A stretch of DNA of 64,000 nt, taken from assembly GCA_965207225.1 (NCBI GenBank), contig CBDBLV010000001.1, forward strand, positions 96,001-160,000. Reading direction: 5' to 3'. The notes beneath the pieces were generated by a model. The model did not search any database. It was not told the origin of the DNA and saw only the letters and a program-made list of their open reading frames with translations. Below, in pieces: positions 30,043 through 39,366 of this stretch (the first letter of the stretch is position 1; each line of letters opens with the position of its first letter). The position numbers and the translations under genes are program-made. The stretch comes from Dehalococcoidia bacterium (GTDB lineage: Bacteria; Chloroflexota; Dehalococcoidia; Plut-88900).

Positions 30043-30819
30043 CTACCTTCCCGTAAACTCCGGCTCCCGCTTCTCCATGAAAGACCTCCTCCCCTCCTGC
30101 GCATCCTCCGAGTCCGATACCGGCTTTTCTATCAACGTCTGCAGCGTCAGACCCCTCTCCCAGTCGATAAACGCATTCATCGACTGCTTCATGTACGCTA
30201 TCGACGTCGTCGCCCCCTTGGCTAGACGCTCGGCCCATTCCGCCACAGCGTTATCTAGCTCCTCGGCGGGCACGGCCTTGTTCACCAGCCCAATCCGCTC
30301 CGCTTCCGTGCCGCTTATCCAGTCTCCCAGGAACAGTATTTCGCACGCCCGCCGGTACCCTACTGCCGTCAAAATAGAGAACGTCCCCGACGCCAACCCG
30401 CGTTGCACATACGGTATTCCCAGCCTCGCATCCTCCGCCGCAATAACCAGGTCCGCCCCCAGCGCCACCTCGAACGCCCCGCCCAGCGCGTACCCGTGAA
30501 GCTGAGCGATCACCGGCTTAAGGAAACCCCGTAGCGCCTTCACCATCCCCGGCGGCCCCTGCAGCTGCGCCGATAGCGAGTCCGTCGCTATCCTTCGCGA
30601 TGTCTTTCCCATCCCCTTCAAGTCATCCCCCGCACTGAACGCCCGACCCTCCCCCTTCAGCACCAGCACCCGCACATCCGGGTCCGACGCCGCATCCGCC
30701 AGGGCATCCAGCATCTCGTCGAAAGTCTGGTGGTTCAGCGCATTCAGCTGCTTCGGCCTGTTCAGTATAATCGTCGCAATTCCATCGGTCTTCTCATAGA
30801 GGATTAACTCATATTCCAT
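30043..30819 (-). CDS. Enoyl-CoA hydratase/isomerase family protein
   Basis: LNRP..LNA, AFSAGDDL and HGYALGGAFE motifs. Confidence 0.93.
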   Translation of the reverse strand: MEYELILYEKTDGIATIILNRPKQLNALNHQTFDEMLDALADAASDPDVRVLVLKGEGRAFSAGDDLKGMGKTSRRIATDSLSAQLQGPPGMVKALRGFLKPVIAQLHGYALGGAFEVALGADLVIAAEDARLGIPYVQRGLASGTFSILTAVGYRRACEILFLGDWISGTEAERIGLVNKAVPAEELDNAVAEWAERLAKGATTSIAYMKQSMNAFIDWERGLTLQTLIEKPVSDSEDAQEGRRSFMEKREPEFTGR

Positions 30820-30996
30820 GCAAATGTCTCCTGGGATCGATACTTTTCGGCGCGCCTATGATACACCCACCCCTCCCATCCCGAGGCCCCGCGAGGGATC
30901 TAGGACTTGCCCGCTCACATTCCCCTCAACCCTCAGCAATTAGTGTTAACCTTGTATTAGAGACCTTTCACTAGAATCCGACAACGAGGCTCACCA

Positions 30997-31668
30997 ATGA
31001 AACACGAAATCCTCTACAAGCCCTCCTACTCCCTCGCCGTCCTCAGCATGGACCGCGGCGATGAGATCGTCGCCGAGTCCGGCGCCATGGTCAGCATGTC
31101 CCCCACCATCAACATCGAGACCTCCACCCGGGGCGGCGGCCTCCTTGGTGGCCTCGCCCGCAAGTTCCTCACCAACGAAAGCTTCTTCCTCAACACCTTC
31201 CATGCCGACGACGCCGGCGAGATCACCCTCGCCCCTGCCCTCCCAGGAGACGTCTTCCACACTGACATGCGCAACGAAACCCTCTTCGTCCAGTCCGGTT
31301 CTTACATGGCCTCCTCCAAGTCCCTCAACGTCGACACCCAGTGGGGCGGCGCCAAGACCTTCTTCTCCAAGGAAGGCCTCTTCCTCATCAGGGTCCAGGG
31401 CTCCGGCGACCTCTTCCTCTCCAGTTACGGCGCAATCCACACCAAGGAACTTAAGCACGGCGAGAGCTACATCGTGGATACCGGCCACATGGTCGCCTTC
31501 GACGAAAGCGTCAACTACCGTGTCACGAGAGTCGGCGGGCTGAAGTCCACCCTTTTCAGCGGCGAGGGCCTGGTCGTCGAGCTCACGGGGCCCGGGAGAG
31601 TCCTCATCCAGTCCCGCAGCGCCGACTCCTTCCTCTCCTGGCTAATCCCCAATCTGCCCAGCCGTTAG
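30997..31668 (+). CDS. TIGR00266/AIM24 family protein
   Basis: AESGAMV, ESFFLN, VDTGHMVAF and GEGLV..LTGPG.V..Q motifs. Confidence 0.92.
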   Translation: MKHEILYKPSYSLAVLSMDRGDEIVAESGAMVSMSPTINIETSTRGGGLLGGLARKFLTNESFFLNTFHADDAGEITLAPALPGDVFHTDMRNETLFVQSGSYMASSKSLNVDTQWGGAKTFFSKEGLFLIRVQGSGDLFLSSYGAIHTKELKHGESYIVDTGHMVAFDESVNYRVTRVGGLKSTLFSGEGLVVELTGPGRVLIQSRSADSFLSWLIPNLPSR

Positions 31669-32054
31669 CCCAGGGCCCAGAGCAGCAGGCTCAGGCTCCC
31701 GACATAGACCACCGTCGCGCTGAACCCGCTCAGGAAATAACCCCACTTCTCGCTTTCTATTAGCCGCATCAGCAGCGTGGACACTACCACCGCCGCCAGG
31801 GGCACGATGTTCACCAGCGCCACCGTCGGCACCTCGACATCCAGCTCCTCCTGCCCCGTTATCGCCCAGTATGTCGGGATGTTGAACACCATGAACCCTA
31901 TAACGGCTCCCACCACGAACAACAGCGGGTCAACCCGTTTCGGCGCACCGTACCTGAACGCCGCCAGTATCCCCGCTGACCATATGGACAGGGTGTAACC
32001 GTAGGGCAGCACAATGCTCTGCACTACCGTAACTACGGCCTCTCCGAAATTCAT
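31665..32054 (-). CDS. Hypothetical membrane protein
   Basis: 129-aa ORF with four hydrophobic segments and a PYGYTLSIW motif. Confidence 0.7.
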   Translation of the reverse strand: MNFGEAVVTVVQSIVLPYGYTLSIWSAGILAAFRYGAPKRVDPLLFVVGAVIGFMVFNIPTYWAITGQEELDVEVPTVALVNIVPLAAVVVSTLLMRLIESEKWGYFLSGFSATVVYVGSLSLLLWALG

Positions 32055-32263
32055 CTACTAGATAGCCTTCCTCGCGCTTCCAATGTCCGGTCAGGTCAAA
32101 CGCCGGCTTTTTCCCGACCCGTAATACCCGACATCCCCACTCCCGTCAAGCATCACTCCCCCGCCAATCCATCCCGCCTCTCTCTCCTTTTCCTCCGTAT
32201 GGGCAGGTCTCGTTCCAGTTTTTCCAGGCGATAGACACCCTGTCCTGTAATCCTCCTACCCCT

Positions 32264-32480
32264 AGTACTGAACTAGAGTCCCACCGTGCGCCTCAGGCGC
32301 ACAGTGGGCTCTGTTCATTCCTTCCACTCCCCTTTCCCTTAGTACTGAATTAGGGGCATACGCATGGGCAATGCCTATGCGTATGCCCCTATTCTTCTCT
32401 CCCCCTCTCCCTTAAGGGCCCTAAGAGCCTGCCCCGAGTCCCTCGAGGGGGAGAGGGGGACCAAGGGGGTGAGGGTTCCC
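32264..32480. repeat. Composite REP-like element, copy B (two tagged hairpins)
   Basis: AGTACTGAACT-hairpin (32264) and AGTACTGAATT-hairpin (32341), then CCCTCTCCC...GGGAGAGGGGGACCAAGGGGGTGAGGGTTCCC. Confidence 0.8.
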
Positions 32481-32586
32481 CTGTTAATTCAGGACATATT
32501 CATTTCAAAAGAACAAGAGAGGCATGACTCCGATTACCTCCCTGGGATGGGGGAAGGATATCGCCTTCCCGTATAATCACCCCACC

Positions 32587-33588
32587 ATGACTACCAAGCT
32601 CGGCATCGGCCTCAGCGGCCAGGACATGACACCCCTCGAAGTCGTAGAGTGCTGCAAGCTCGCCGACCAACTCGGCTACCACTCCTTCTGGCTCTCCGAG
32701 GGCCACGGCGGTGACCAGTTCACCACCCTCACCGCCTGCGCCCTCGCCACCGACAACATAAAGCTCGGCACATCCATCATCAGCGTCTACGTCCGCAGCG
32801 CCCCAACCATCGCCATGGCCGCCGCCTGCCTCGACCACTTCTCCAACGGTCGTTTCATCCTGGGTCTCGGGTCCAGCCATAAGGTCCAGGTTGAGGGCGA
32901 GCACGGCATACCCTACCACCTCCCCGTCACCCGACTCCGAGAGTACATCGACGTTATCCGCTCCCTCCTCCGCGATGGCAAGGTCTCCTACAAGGGCAAA
33001 GCCCTGGACATAGGCAACTTCGACCTCTGGTTCCCGACTCTCCACCCCCGGGTCCCCATCTACGCCGCCGCCGTCTTCAACAAGATGCTCCGCGTATGTG
33101 GAGAGATCACCGACGGCACGATTCTCACATGGACCACCCTCTCAGGTGCGGCCAACGCAGCCAAGGTCGTCGCCGAAGGTGCCCGAGCCGCGGGCAGAGA
33201 CCCCTCCAAAGTCGAAATCGCAGATCTCATAACCACCGTCGTCTCCGACAATGACACCCCCGACCTTGAAGGCATCCGCAAGGCCACCGCCTTCTACGCC
33301 GGCTTCTTCCCCCGCTACAACCGGGCCCTCGCTCAGAACGGCTTCCCCGACGAGGCCGCCGCCATCCGGGCAGCCTATCTCGAAGGCAAACGAGGCCCAG
33401 CCCTCGAGTCCCTCGTCCCCGACTCCATGCTCCGCTCCATCGCCATCACCGGCGCCCCCGACGAATGCCGGGAACGCATCCAGACCTACCGGGACTCCGG
33501 CGTCACCCTCCCCATCATCGCCCCCCGCACCTCCGCCCCCAACGCCGCCGAAAAAGCCCAGGCCGTAATCCGCGCCCTGGCTCCTTAA
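32587..33588 (+). CDS. LLM-class oxidoreductase (Mer/F420-like subgroup possible)
   Basis: LGYHSFWLSE, IKLGTSI and LDHFSNGRFILGLG motifs. Confidence 0.88.
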   Translation: MTTKLGIGLSGQDMTPLEVVECCKLADQLGYHSFWLSEGHGGDQFTTLTACALATDNIKLGTSIISVYVRSAPTIAMAAACLDHFSNGRFILGLGSSHKVQVEGEHGIPYHLPVTRLREYIDVIRSLLRDGKVSYKGKALDIGNFDLWFPTLHPRVPIYAAAVFNKMLRVCGEITDGTILTWTTLSGAANAAKVVAEGARAAGRDPSKVEIADLITTVVSDNDTPDLEGIRKATAFYAGFFPRYNRALAQNGFPDEAAAIRAAYLEGKRGPALESLVPDSMLRSIAITGAPDECRERIQTYRDSGVTLPIIAPRTSAPNAAEKAQAVIRALAP

Positions 33589-33610
33589 AGGGGGTGGCGG
33601 AGAACCACTA

Positions 33611-34354
33611 ATGTCACTGCACTTGGTTAACTGGAATGTCGAATGGGCCACGACCCGTTCGCCCCGGTTCCCTGAGATCCGTAGTCGGATAGAAAAGCAT
33701 GACCCGGACATCATCTGCCTCACCGAGGCGTATGACTCCTTGCTTTCCCACGACGGCTACACGATCTGCTCTCAGTCCGACTATGGGTATCCCATCAAGC
33801 AGGGCCGCCGTAAAGTCTTGCTGTGGTCGAAACATCCCTGGTGCCAGACTAGCGACTCGGGCATAGACTCGATGCCGCCGGGAAGGTTCATATCAGGCAT
33901 AACGCAGACGTCACTAGGTGAAGTAACCGTCGTCGGAGTCTGCATCCCGTGGGCCATGTCACGCGTCAGGGGATCATCTATCGAGAAACGCAAGATGTGG
34001 GAAGACCATCAGCAGTATCTGTGTGGCCTCGAAAAGGTGCTTTCGGAGACTTCCACCCACCGTCTGATTCTGATGGGAGACTTCAACCAGAGGCTGGTGG
34101 GACCCGGCACCGCCCCCGCCGACCTCCGATCGGCGCTCAGAGCAGCCATACCTTCGGGCGTGACCATCGCGACTTCTACACTCGGCTACCAGGGCCGCAG
34201 GACAATCGACCACATCGCACTAAGCGACGACCTTGTAGTGGAGTCCCTCGGAACCATCAGCAACCTTCAGGGAAGCCGGAAACTGTCCGACCACTTCGGC
34301 ATCTTTACCTACCTATCCGGACGGGATACGCAAATTTCAGTATCTCAACGTTAG
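33611..34354 (+). CDS. Endonuclease/exonuclease/phosphatase (EEP) family protein
   Basis: NWNVEW, DIICLTE, MGDFN, IDHI and LSDH motifs. Confidence 0.88.
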   Translation: MSLHLVNWNVEWATTRSPRFPEIRSRIEKHDPDIICLTEAYDSLLSHDGYTICSQSDYGYPIKQGRRKVLLWSKHPWCQTSDSGIDSMPPGRFISGITQTSLGEVTVVGVCIPWAMSRVRGSSIEKRKMWEDHQQYLCGLEKVLSETSTHRLILMGDFNQRLVGPGTAPADLRSALRAAIPSGVTIATSTLGYQGRRTIDHIALSDDLVVESLGTISNLQGSRKLSDHFGIFTYLSGRDTQISVSQR

Positions 34355-34427
34355 TGTCCTCTCCCCCCTCCCCCCATGTTACCATTCCACTAACCAAACC
34401 CCACCCCCACCCCACCGGAGGTGCCCC

Positions 34428-35849
34428 GTGAACAACACCGACCTCGCATTCGCCCCCGCCTGGCAAGTCCGGGACATGATCGCTTCCAAGGAACTCTCCC
34501 CCCGGGAGCTGACCGACCTCTTCCTCGATCGCATCGACTCCCTTGACCCCAGGCTTAACTCCTACCTCACCGTCACCGCCGACCTCGCCCGCGAGTCCGC
34601 TGCCGCCGCCGAGGAGGCCGTGACCCGCGGCGACGACCTCGGGCCCCTCCACGGCGTCCCCATCTCCATCAAGGACCTGGAGTTTTCGAAAGGCATCCGC
34701 AGCACCATGGGCTGCTACGTCTTCCGAGACCACGTCCCCGACGAAGACTCCGTCGTAGTCGAACGCGTCCGGCAGGCGGGCGCTATCATCCTCGGCAAGA
34801 CCAACACCCCCGAGTTCGGCCAGTCCGGCACCACCGAGAACCTCCTCGGAGACGCCTGCCGAAACCCCTGGAACACCGAGCGCACCAGCGGTGGCTCCAG
34901 CGGCGGCGCGGGCGCGGCCCTCATCGCCGGCCTATGCTCCCTCGCCACCGGCTCCGACGGCGGAGGCTCCATCCGCATCCCCGCCAGCTTCTGCGGCGTC
35001 TACGGCATCAAGCCCACCCAGCTCCGGGTCCCCCGCTACGGCAGCGTCGGCCGGGGCCCGGCCACCGCCAACCTCTTCTCCCAATCGGGGCCCATGTCCC
35101 GCACCGTCAAGGACTCGGCGCTCCTGTTACAGGTGCTCTCGGGCCACGACCCCCGGGACCCCATGTCCCTAAAGGCTCCCGTCCCCGACTTCATGTCCGG
35201 CCTGAACGACGGCGTCAAGGGCCTCAAAATAGGCTGGACTCCCGACTACGGCTACGCCCCCGTCGACCCCGACGTCCTCCGCATCTCCGAGGCCGCCGCC
35301 CGAAACTTCGAGGCGATGGGTGCATCCGTCGAGGAAGTGGATGTTGGTCTTAGCAACCCCTTCCGCGCCTTCTGGACCATGTTCAGTACCGCCGCCTACA
35401 GCAGCTACGGCCACCTCCTAAACCACCAGGCCGCCGACCTCACCACCTACGGCCGCTACAGCCTGGAGCAGGGCAGAGCCGCCACCGGCGCCGCCGTCGC
35501 CCAGGCCCTCCACGTCGTCACCATGGTCAAGCGCCATTTCGACGAGCTTCTCGACGAGTACGACCTGCTGATGAGCCCAACCATGCCCACCGTGGCCTTC
35601 CCCGTCGGCCAGCCGCCCAAGGAGGTTGATGGCAAGGGCCTGCCGCCCCATCTCGGCTACATCCCCTTCACCTTCCCCATCAACATAAGCGGCCAGACCG
35701 CCGCCAGCATCCCCTGCGGCTTCTCCGACGGCATGCCCGTCGGCCTCCACGTCATCGGCAAAGCCGGCGACGAAGCCACCGTCCTCCGGGCCTCCGCCGC
35801 CTACGAACAAGCCCACCCCTGGGGCGACGCCCGACCCCCCGTCTCCTAG
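34428..35849 (+). CDS. Amidase signature family protein
   Basis: GVPISIKD, GKTNTPEFG, GGSSGG and GSDGGGSIRIP motifs. Confidence 0.93.
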   Translation: MNNTDLAFAPAWQVRDMIASKELSPRELTDLFLDRIDSLDPRLNSYLTVTADLARESAAAAEEAVTRGDDLGPLHGVPISIKDLEFSKGIRSTMGCYVFRDHVPDEDSVVVERVRQAGAIILGKTNTPEFGQSGTTENLLGDACRNPWNTERTSGGSSGGAGAALIAGLCSLATGSDGGGSIRIPASFCGVYGIKPTQLRVPRYGSVGRGPATANLFSQSGPMSRTVKDSALLLQVLSGHDPRDPMSLKAPVPDFMSGLNDGVKGLKIGWTPDYGYAPVDPDVLRISEAAARNFEAMGASVEEVDVGLSNPFRAFWTMFSTAAYSSYGHLLNHQAADLTTYGRYSLEQGRAATGAAVAQALHVVTMVKRHFDELLDEYDLLMSPTMPTVAFPVGQPPKEVDGKGLPPHLGYIPFTFPINISGQTAASIPCGFSDGMPVGLHVIGKAGDEATVLRASAAYEQAHPWGDARPPVS

Positions 35850-35918
35850 CCCATTCACCGGGGAGGGGTGCAATCCGCTCATTCTGAGCAGGGTCGAAGA
35901 GCCTGCCCCGAGCTCCTT

Positions 35919-36020
35919 TTGATTAAAGGTTGATTAAACTTGATTGAGGTTGATTGAAGAATGATTGAACTTGATTGAAGGTTGATTGATCTTGATTGAA
36001 CTCATAGCTGTTTTGATTGA
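35919..36020. repeat. Degenerate tandem array of TTGATT with 10-11 bp period
   Basis: Copies start at 35919, 35930, 35940, 35950, 35961 (ATGATT), 35971, 35982, 35992 and 36013. Confidence 0.9.
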
Positions 36021-36089
36021 ATGACGCCTAAAGTGGTCGGGAAAAGTTTTTTGCGGCGTCGAGAGCTGTATTTCTGACTGAATTTTCAT
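35934..36089 (-). CDS. Putative 51-aa small protein with SIK(I/F)NQP-like heptad repeats (below ORF-track cutoff)
   Basis: MKIQSEIQLSTPQKTFPDHFRRHSIKTAMSSIKINQPSIKFNHSSINLNQV*, preceded by GAAAAGGA and an extended -10. Confidence 0.4.
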   Translation of the reverse strand: MKIQSEIQLSTPQKTFPDHFRRHSIKTAMSSIKINQPSIKFNHSSINLNQV

Positions 36090-36120
36090 GGTCCTTTTCT
36101 CGGGATGGGGGCGGGGCCTG

Positions 36121-36144
36121 GAACAAATATAGCACCTATGTTCA
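36121..36144 (-). promoter_or_regulatory. Putative LexA (GAAC-N4-GTTC type) box overlapping an extended -10
   Basis: Minus strand reads TGAAC-ATAG-GTGCT, overlapping TGCTATATT; an extra GAAC half-site lies at 36121. Confidence 0.45.
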
Positions 36145-36183
36145 GGGGAATCAATAGTGCGGCGTCACGGGGAACTCCCACCC

Positions 36184-36214
36184 CTGGATTCCCGACTCCG
36201 ACCGGGGATAACGG
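36184..36214. repeat. REP-like palindrome (reverse-oriented relative of the 26066 element)
   Basis: Reverse complement CCGTTATCCCCGGTCGGAGTCGGGAATCCAG resembles CCGTCATTCC..GGAATCCA. Confidence 0.55.
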
Positions 36215-36286
36215 GGGTTGGGTGGTGTGGGGTGTCCCAAATCCGACGATGCCTTAGAATCTACTGCGGCCCTGAGATACATCGCC

Positions 36287-39196
36287 ATGCCCCGACAATC
36301 CGAGCCCAACGTAAACAACGCCCTCGCCGATCTCTTCCGCCGCATGTTCTCGCGCACCAACGTCATCTCCGAAAACACCCAGGTCATTACCGACCAACCA
36401 GGCCTGAAACCCGACATCCTCGTCAACTCCATCGGCCGCTCCCCCGTCGTTGTCGAAGCCGAATACCTGCCCGCACACACAGCCGAAGCTGAGGCCAGAT
36501 CCCGGCTCGGCCTGGAAGTCGCCAGTAACGGGCGCATGATCGAAGCCGCCATTGCCCTCCGATATCCGGAGAACCTGAAAGAGACCACCGACCTCCCCGA
36601 GGCCCTCAAGTCTTCCACCCTTTCCTGGTGTGTCTTCACCAAAGAACCCGAGGAAGATAAGCGCTTCCCCGAATCCGGTTGGCTCGACGGCTCCGTGGAA
36701 GACCTGACCGACCTTATACGCCTCGTCTCCGTTCCCCAGTGGGCCGTCGACCAGGCCACCGAGATACTGCGCAACGGCATCGACAACGCCGCCAGTATCC
36801 TCGACGAGGTCGCCTCCCTCCGCCCCGAGACCGTAAAGGACATCGCTGCCCGCCTCGGCATGACCGACGTTACCCAGACCCGCCGCATGGCCTGCGCCAT
36901 CATGGCCAACGCCATGGTCTTCCACGAACGCATCGCCAAGATGCACCCGGGCATCAATACACTCCAGAAGGTCTGCGGAGACCACGTCTCCAACCCCCAG
37001 CAGCAGGTCCTCGCAGCCTGGGACGCCATCCTGAAGATCAACTACTGGCCCATCTTCGCCATCGCCAGGGACATACTCGGCGAGCTTCAGTCCGGCGATG
37101 CGTCACGCATCCTCAAGCGCCTCCGCAACACTGCCCAGGAAATCAATGCCGCCAGGGTCGAAAACGCCCACGACCTCACAGGCCGCATCTTCCAGACCCT
37201 CATCGCCGACCGTAAATACCTCGCCACCTTCTACACCCTCCCCGCCTCCGCCTCCCTCCTCGCCCGGCTCGCCGTCGCCAAGATGCAGGGCGTCGACTGG
37301 TCCGACAAGGAGGCCATCGGCAAGCTCCGCATCGCCGACTTCGCCTGCGGTACCGGCACCCTCCTTTCCGCCGTCTACGAGCAGATCGCCGCCCGGCACG
37401 AACGCTCCGGCGGCAACCCCGCCGACCTCCACAGCGTCATGATGGAGGAAGTCCTCTACGGCTGCGACGTCATGCCCTCCGCCGTCCACATCACCTGCTC
37501 CACCCTCTCCGGCATGGAGCCCGCCGAGAAATTCGGTAAGTCCCGGCTCTACGCCCTCCAGTACGGCCGGCAGGACGACGGTACGGTAAAGATCGGCTCG
37601 CTGGAGTTCCTACAAACATCCGCCCAGTGGACTCTCTTCAACACCAGCGACCCCGCCATCCAGCTAACCAGCACTGGCGAAGAGTCCACCCCCCAGGCCA
37701 TCGCCAACATCCCCGACGAAGGCTTTGATCTCATAATCATGAACCCACCTTTTACCAGCAATTCCACAAATGAACGCATTCATCTCGATACATTTGCCCC
37801 GGCCTTCGCGGCCTTCGGTGCGAGCAAGGAAGACCAGAAACAAATGGTCAAGCGCATGTCTAAGTTGAAGAAAGGCACGTGCTATCACGGCCACGCAGGT
37901 TTGGCTTCAGCATTTGCAGCGCTCGCAGACAGAAAGCTCAAGCCAGGTGGAGTCTTAGCTCTCGTATTGCCACTTACATCATCTACTTCCTCTTCCTGGG
38001 AAGGGTTTAGAGAGATGATTTGTGAAGATTACGAGGAAGTAAGCCTGCTAAGTATCGCTGCCAATGGTTCTGAAATGTCCTTTTCTTCCGACACAGGAAT
38101 GGGGGAATGCTTGATCCTCGCACGGAGGCGCGGTCCTGATGCCGATATGGCACCTCAGCCTTCCGAGGCTTGCTTTATTTCCCTCCCGAGTCGGCCAGAA
38201 GGATTACCTCATGCTGCCAGTATTGCCCTCACCATGAGGGATGCGGAGCAGATTAGAAGATTAGGTGATGGCCCTTACGGAGGCACGTGGCTCTCGATAG
38301 GAAAGCAGAAGATAGGGGAAATTCTTAAGCTCAATCGTTTGGAAGGCGAGTCATGGAATGGGGTGCGAGTTCTGGATTATTCCCTAGGACAAACCGCATA
38401 CGCTTTGAGCAATGGTCAGTTATGGTTACCCGGATGCCGGTTCTATTTCCCATTGGATATAGTCAAACTAGGTGAAATTGCACGTCTGGGTTTGTATAAC
38501 CTAGACATCATAGGAAGGCCACCACAAGGACCTTTCGACAAATTAGGCCCTAGCGCGACAGCAACTTATCCAGCGTTGTGGAACCACAACGCTGAGAAGG
38601 AAGCTCATCTCGTATGCGTGCCAGACTCACAGTTACAGGTTCGCGCTGGAATGGAAGGTAAGGCTGAAAAAGTCTGGAGGCACGCTGGCAGGTCACACAT
38701 TAACCAAGAGTTTACTTTCGGCTCACAAGCTCTTGCCGCTGCATTCACGGATCAGTCAACGATGGGAGGTAGAGTGTGGCCAAATGTCAACTTTGACGAC
38801 AAGGATATGGACTTTCCGTTCATGTTGTGGGGTAACAGCACGTTGGGTTTGTTGTCCCATTGGTGGCATGCTAGTAGACAACAATCCAGTAAAGCTACTA
38901 TCGCAGTCCGTAAGGCTGAATCCCTCCCCACCCTCGACCTCCGCAGCCTCACTGACGCCCAACTCACCAGGGCAGAAGAGATCTTTAACGAGTTCCGTGA
39001 CAAGGAACTCCTTCCCGCCTACCTCGCAGACGCCGACCCCAACCGCGCCCTGCTCGACAAACGCGTCATCTGCGGCCTCCTCGGCTTTGACGACGATATC
39101 TACCAGGGAGTACGACGCCTTGCCGCCAAATGGTGCGCCGAACCCTCCGTCCACGGCGGCAAAAAGCGTCCCGCATCGGCCAAATTCGTCGCCTAG
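36287..39196 (+). CDS. Type IIG restriction-modification enzyme (fused nuclease, N6-adenine methyltransferase, target recognition domain)
   Basis: N-terminal KPDILV...VEAEY (PD-ExE-like), FYT, IADFACGTGTLL (motif I) and IIMNPPF (motif IV). Confidence 0.85.
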   Translation: MPRQSEPNVNNALADLFRRMFSRTNVISENTQVITDQPGLKPDILVNSIGRSPVVVEAEYLPAHTAEAEARSRLGLEVASNGRMIEAAIALRYPENLKETTDLPEALKSSTLSWCVFTKEPEEDKRFPESGWLDGSVEDLTDLIRLVSVPQWAVDQATEILRNGIDNAASILDEVASLRPETVKDIAARLGMTDVTQTRRMACAIMANAMVFHERIAKMHPGINTLQKVCGDHVSNPQQQVLAAWDAILKINYWPIFAIARDILGELQSGDASRILKRLRNTAQEINAARVENAHDLTGRIFQTLIADRKYLATFYTLPASASLLARLAVAKMQGVDWSDKEAIGKLRIADFACGTGTLLSAVYEQIAARHERSGGNPADLHSVMMEEVLYGCDVMPSAVHITCSTLSGMEPAEKFGKSRLYALQYGRQDDGTVKIGSLEFLQTSAQWTLFNTSDPAIQLTSTGEESTPQAIANIPDEGFDLIIMNPPFTSNSTNERIHLDTFAPAFAAFGASKEDQKQMVKRMSKLKKGTCYHGHAGLASAFAALADRKLKPGGVLALVLPLTSSTSSSWEGFREMICEDYEEVSLLSIAANGSEMSFSSDTGMGECLILARRRGPDADMAPQPSEACFISLPSRPEGLPHAASIALTMRDAEQIRRLGDGPYGGTWLSIGKQKIGEILKLNRLEGESWNGVRVLDYSLGQTAYALSNGQLWLPGCRFYFPLDIVKLGEIARLGLYNLDIIGRPPQGPFDKLGPSATATYPALWNHNAEKEAHLVCVPDSQLQVRAGMEGKAEKVWRHAGRSHINQEFTFGSQALAAAFTDQSTMGGRVWPNVNFDDKDMDFPFMLWGNSTLGLLSHWWHASRQQSSKATIAVRKAESLPTLDLRSLTDAQLTRAEEIFNEFRDKELLPAYLADADPNRALLDKRVICGLLGFDDDIYQGVRRLAAKWCAEPSVHGGKKRPASAKFVA

Positions 39197-39212
39197 CCCC
39201 TGCCCCAATCCC

Positions 39213-39285
39213 CGTAGGGGCAGCCCCTCGTGGTTGCCCTGGGTAGTGGGGCCGCTCATGCTGAGGCCACTCGAAGTATAAGCGG
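39213..39285. repeat. GTAG-type REP-like palindromes
   Basis: CGTAGGGGCAGCCCCTCGTGGTTGCCCT; a similar CGTAGGGGTGACCGGCGGGTCGCCCT lies near 27216. Confidence 0.6.
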
Positions 39286-39366
39286 GGGGCGGCGAGCGAT
39301 AAGCCAAGTCGTCAGGTAATATAGGTGTTCACATCCTCGAATACCCTATAGAACCGGAGACCCGAC

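Noticed and set aside
34428-35849. Calling the amidase gatA
   Set aside because: No gatB/gatC neighbours, and the motifs fit general amidases.
35919-36020. Possible CRISPR array
   Set aside because: Units are 10-11 bp with no unique spacers, and no cas genes are in the window.
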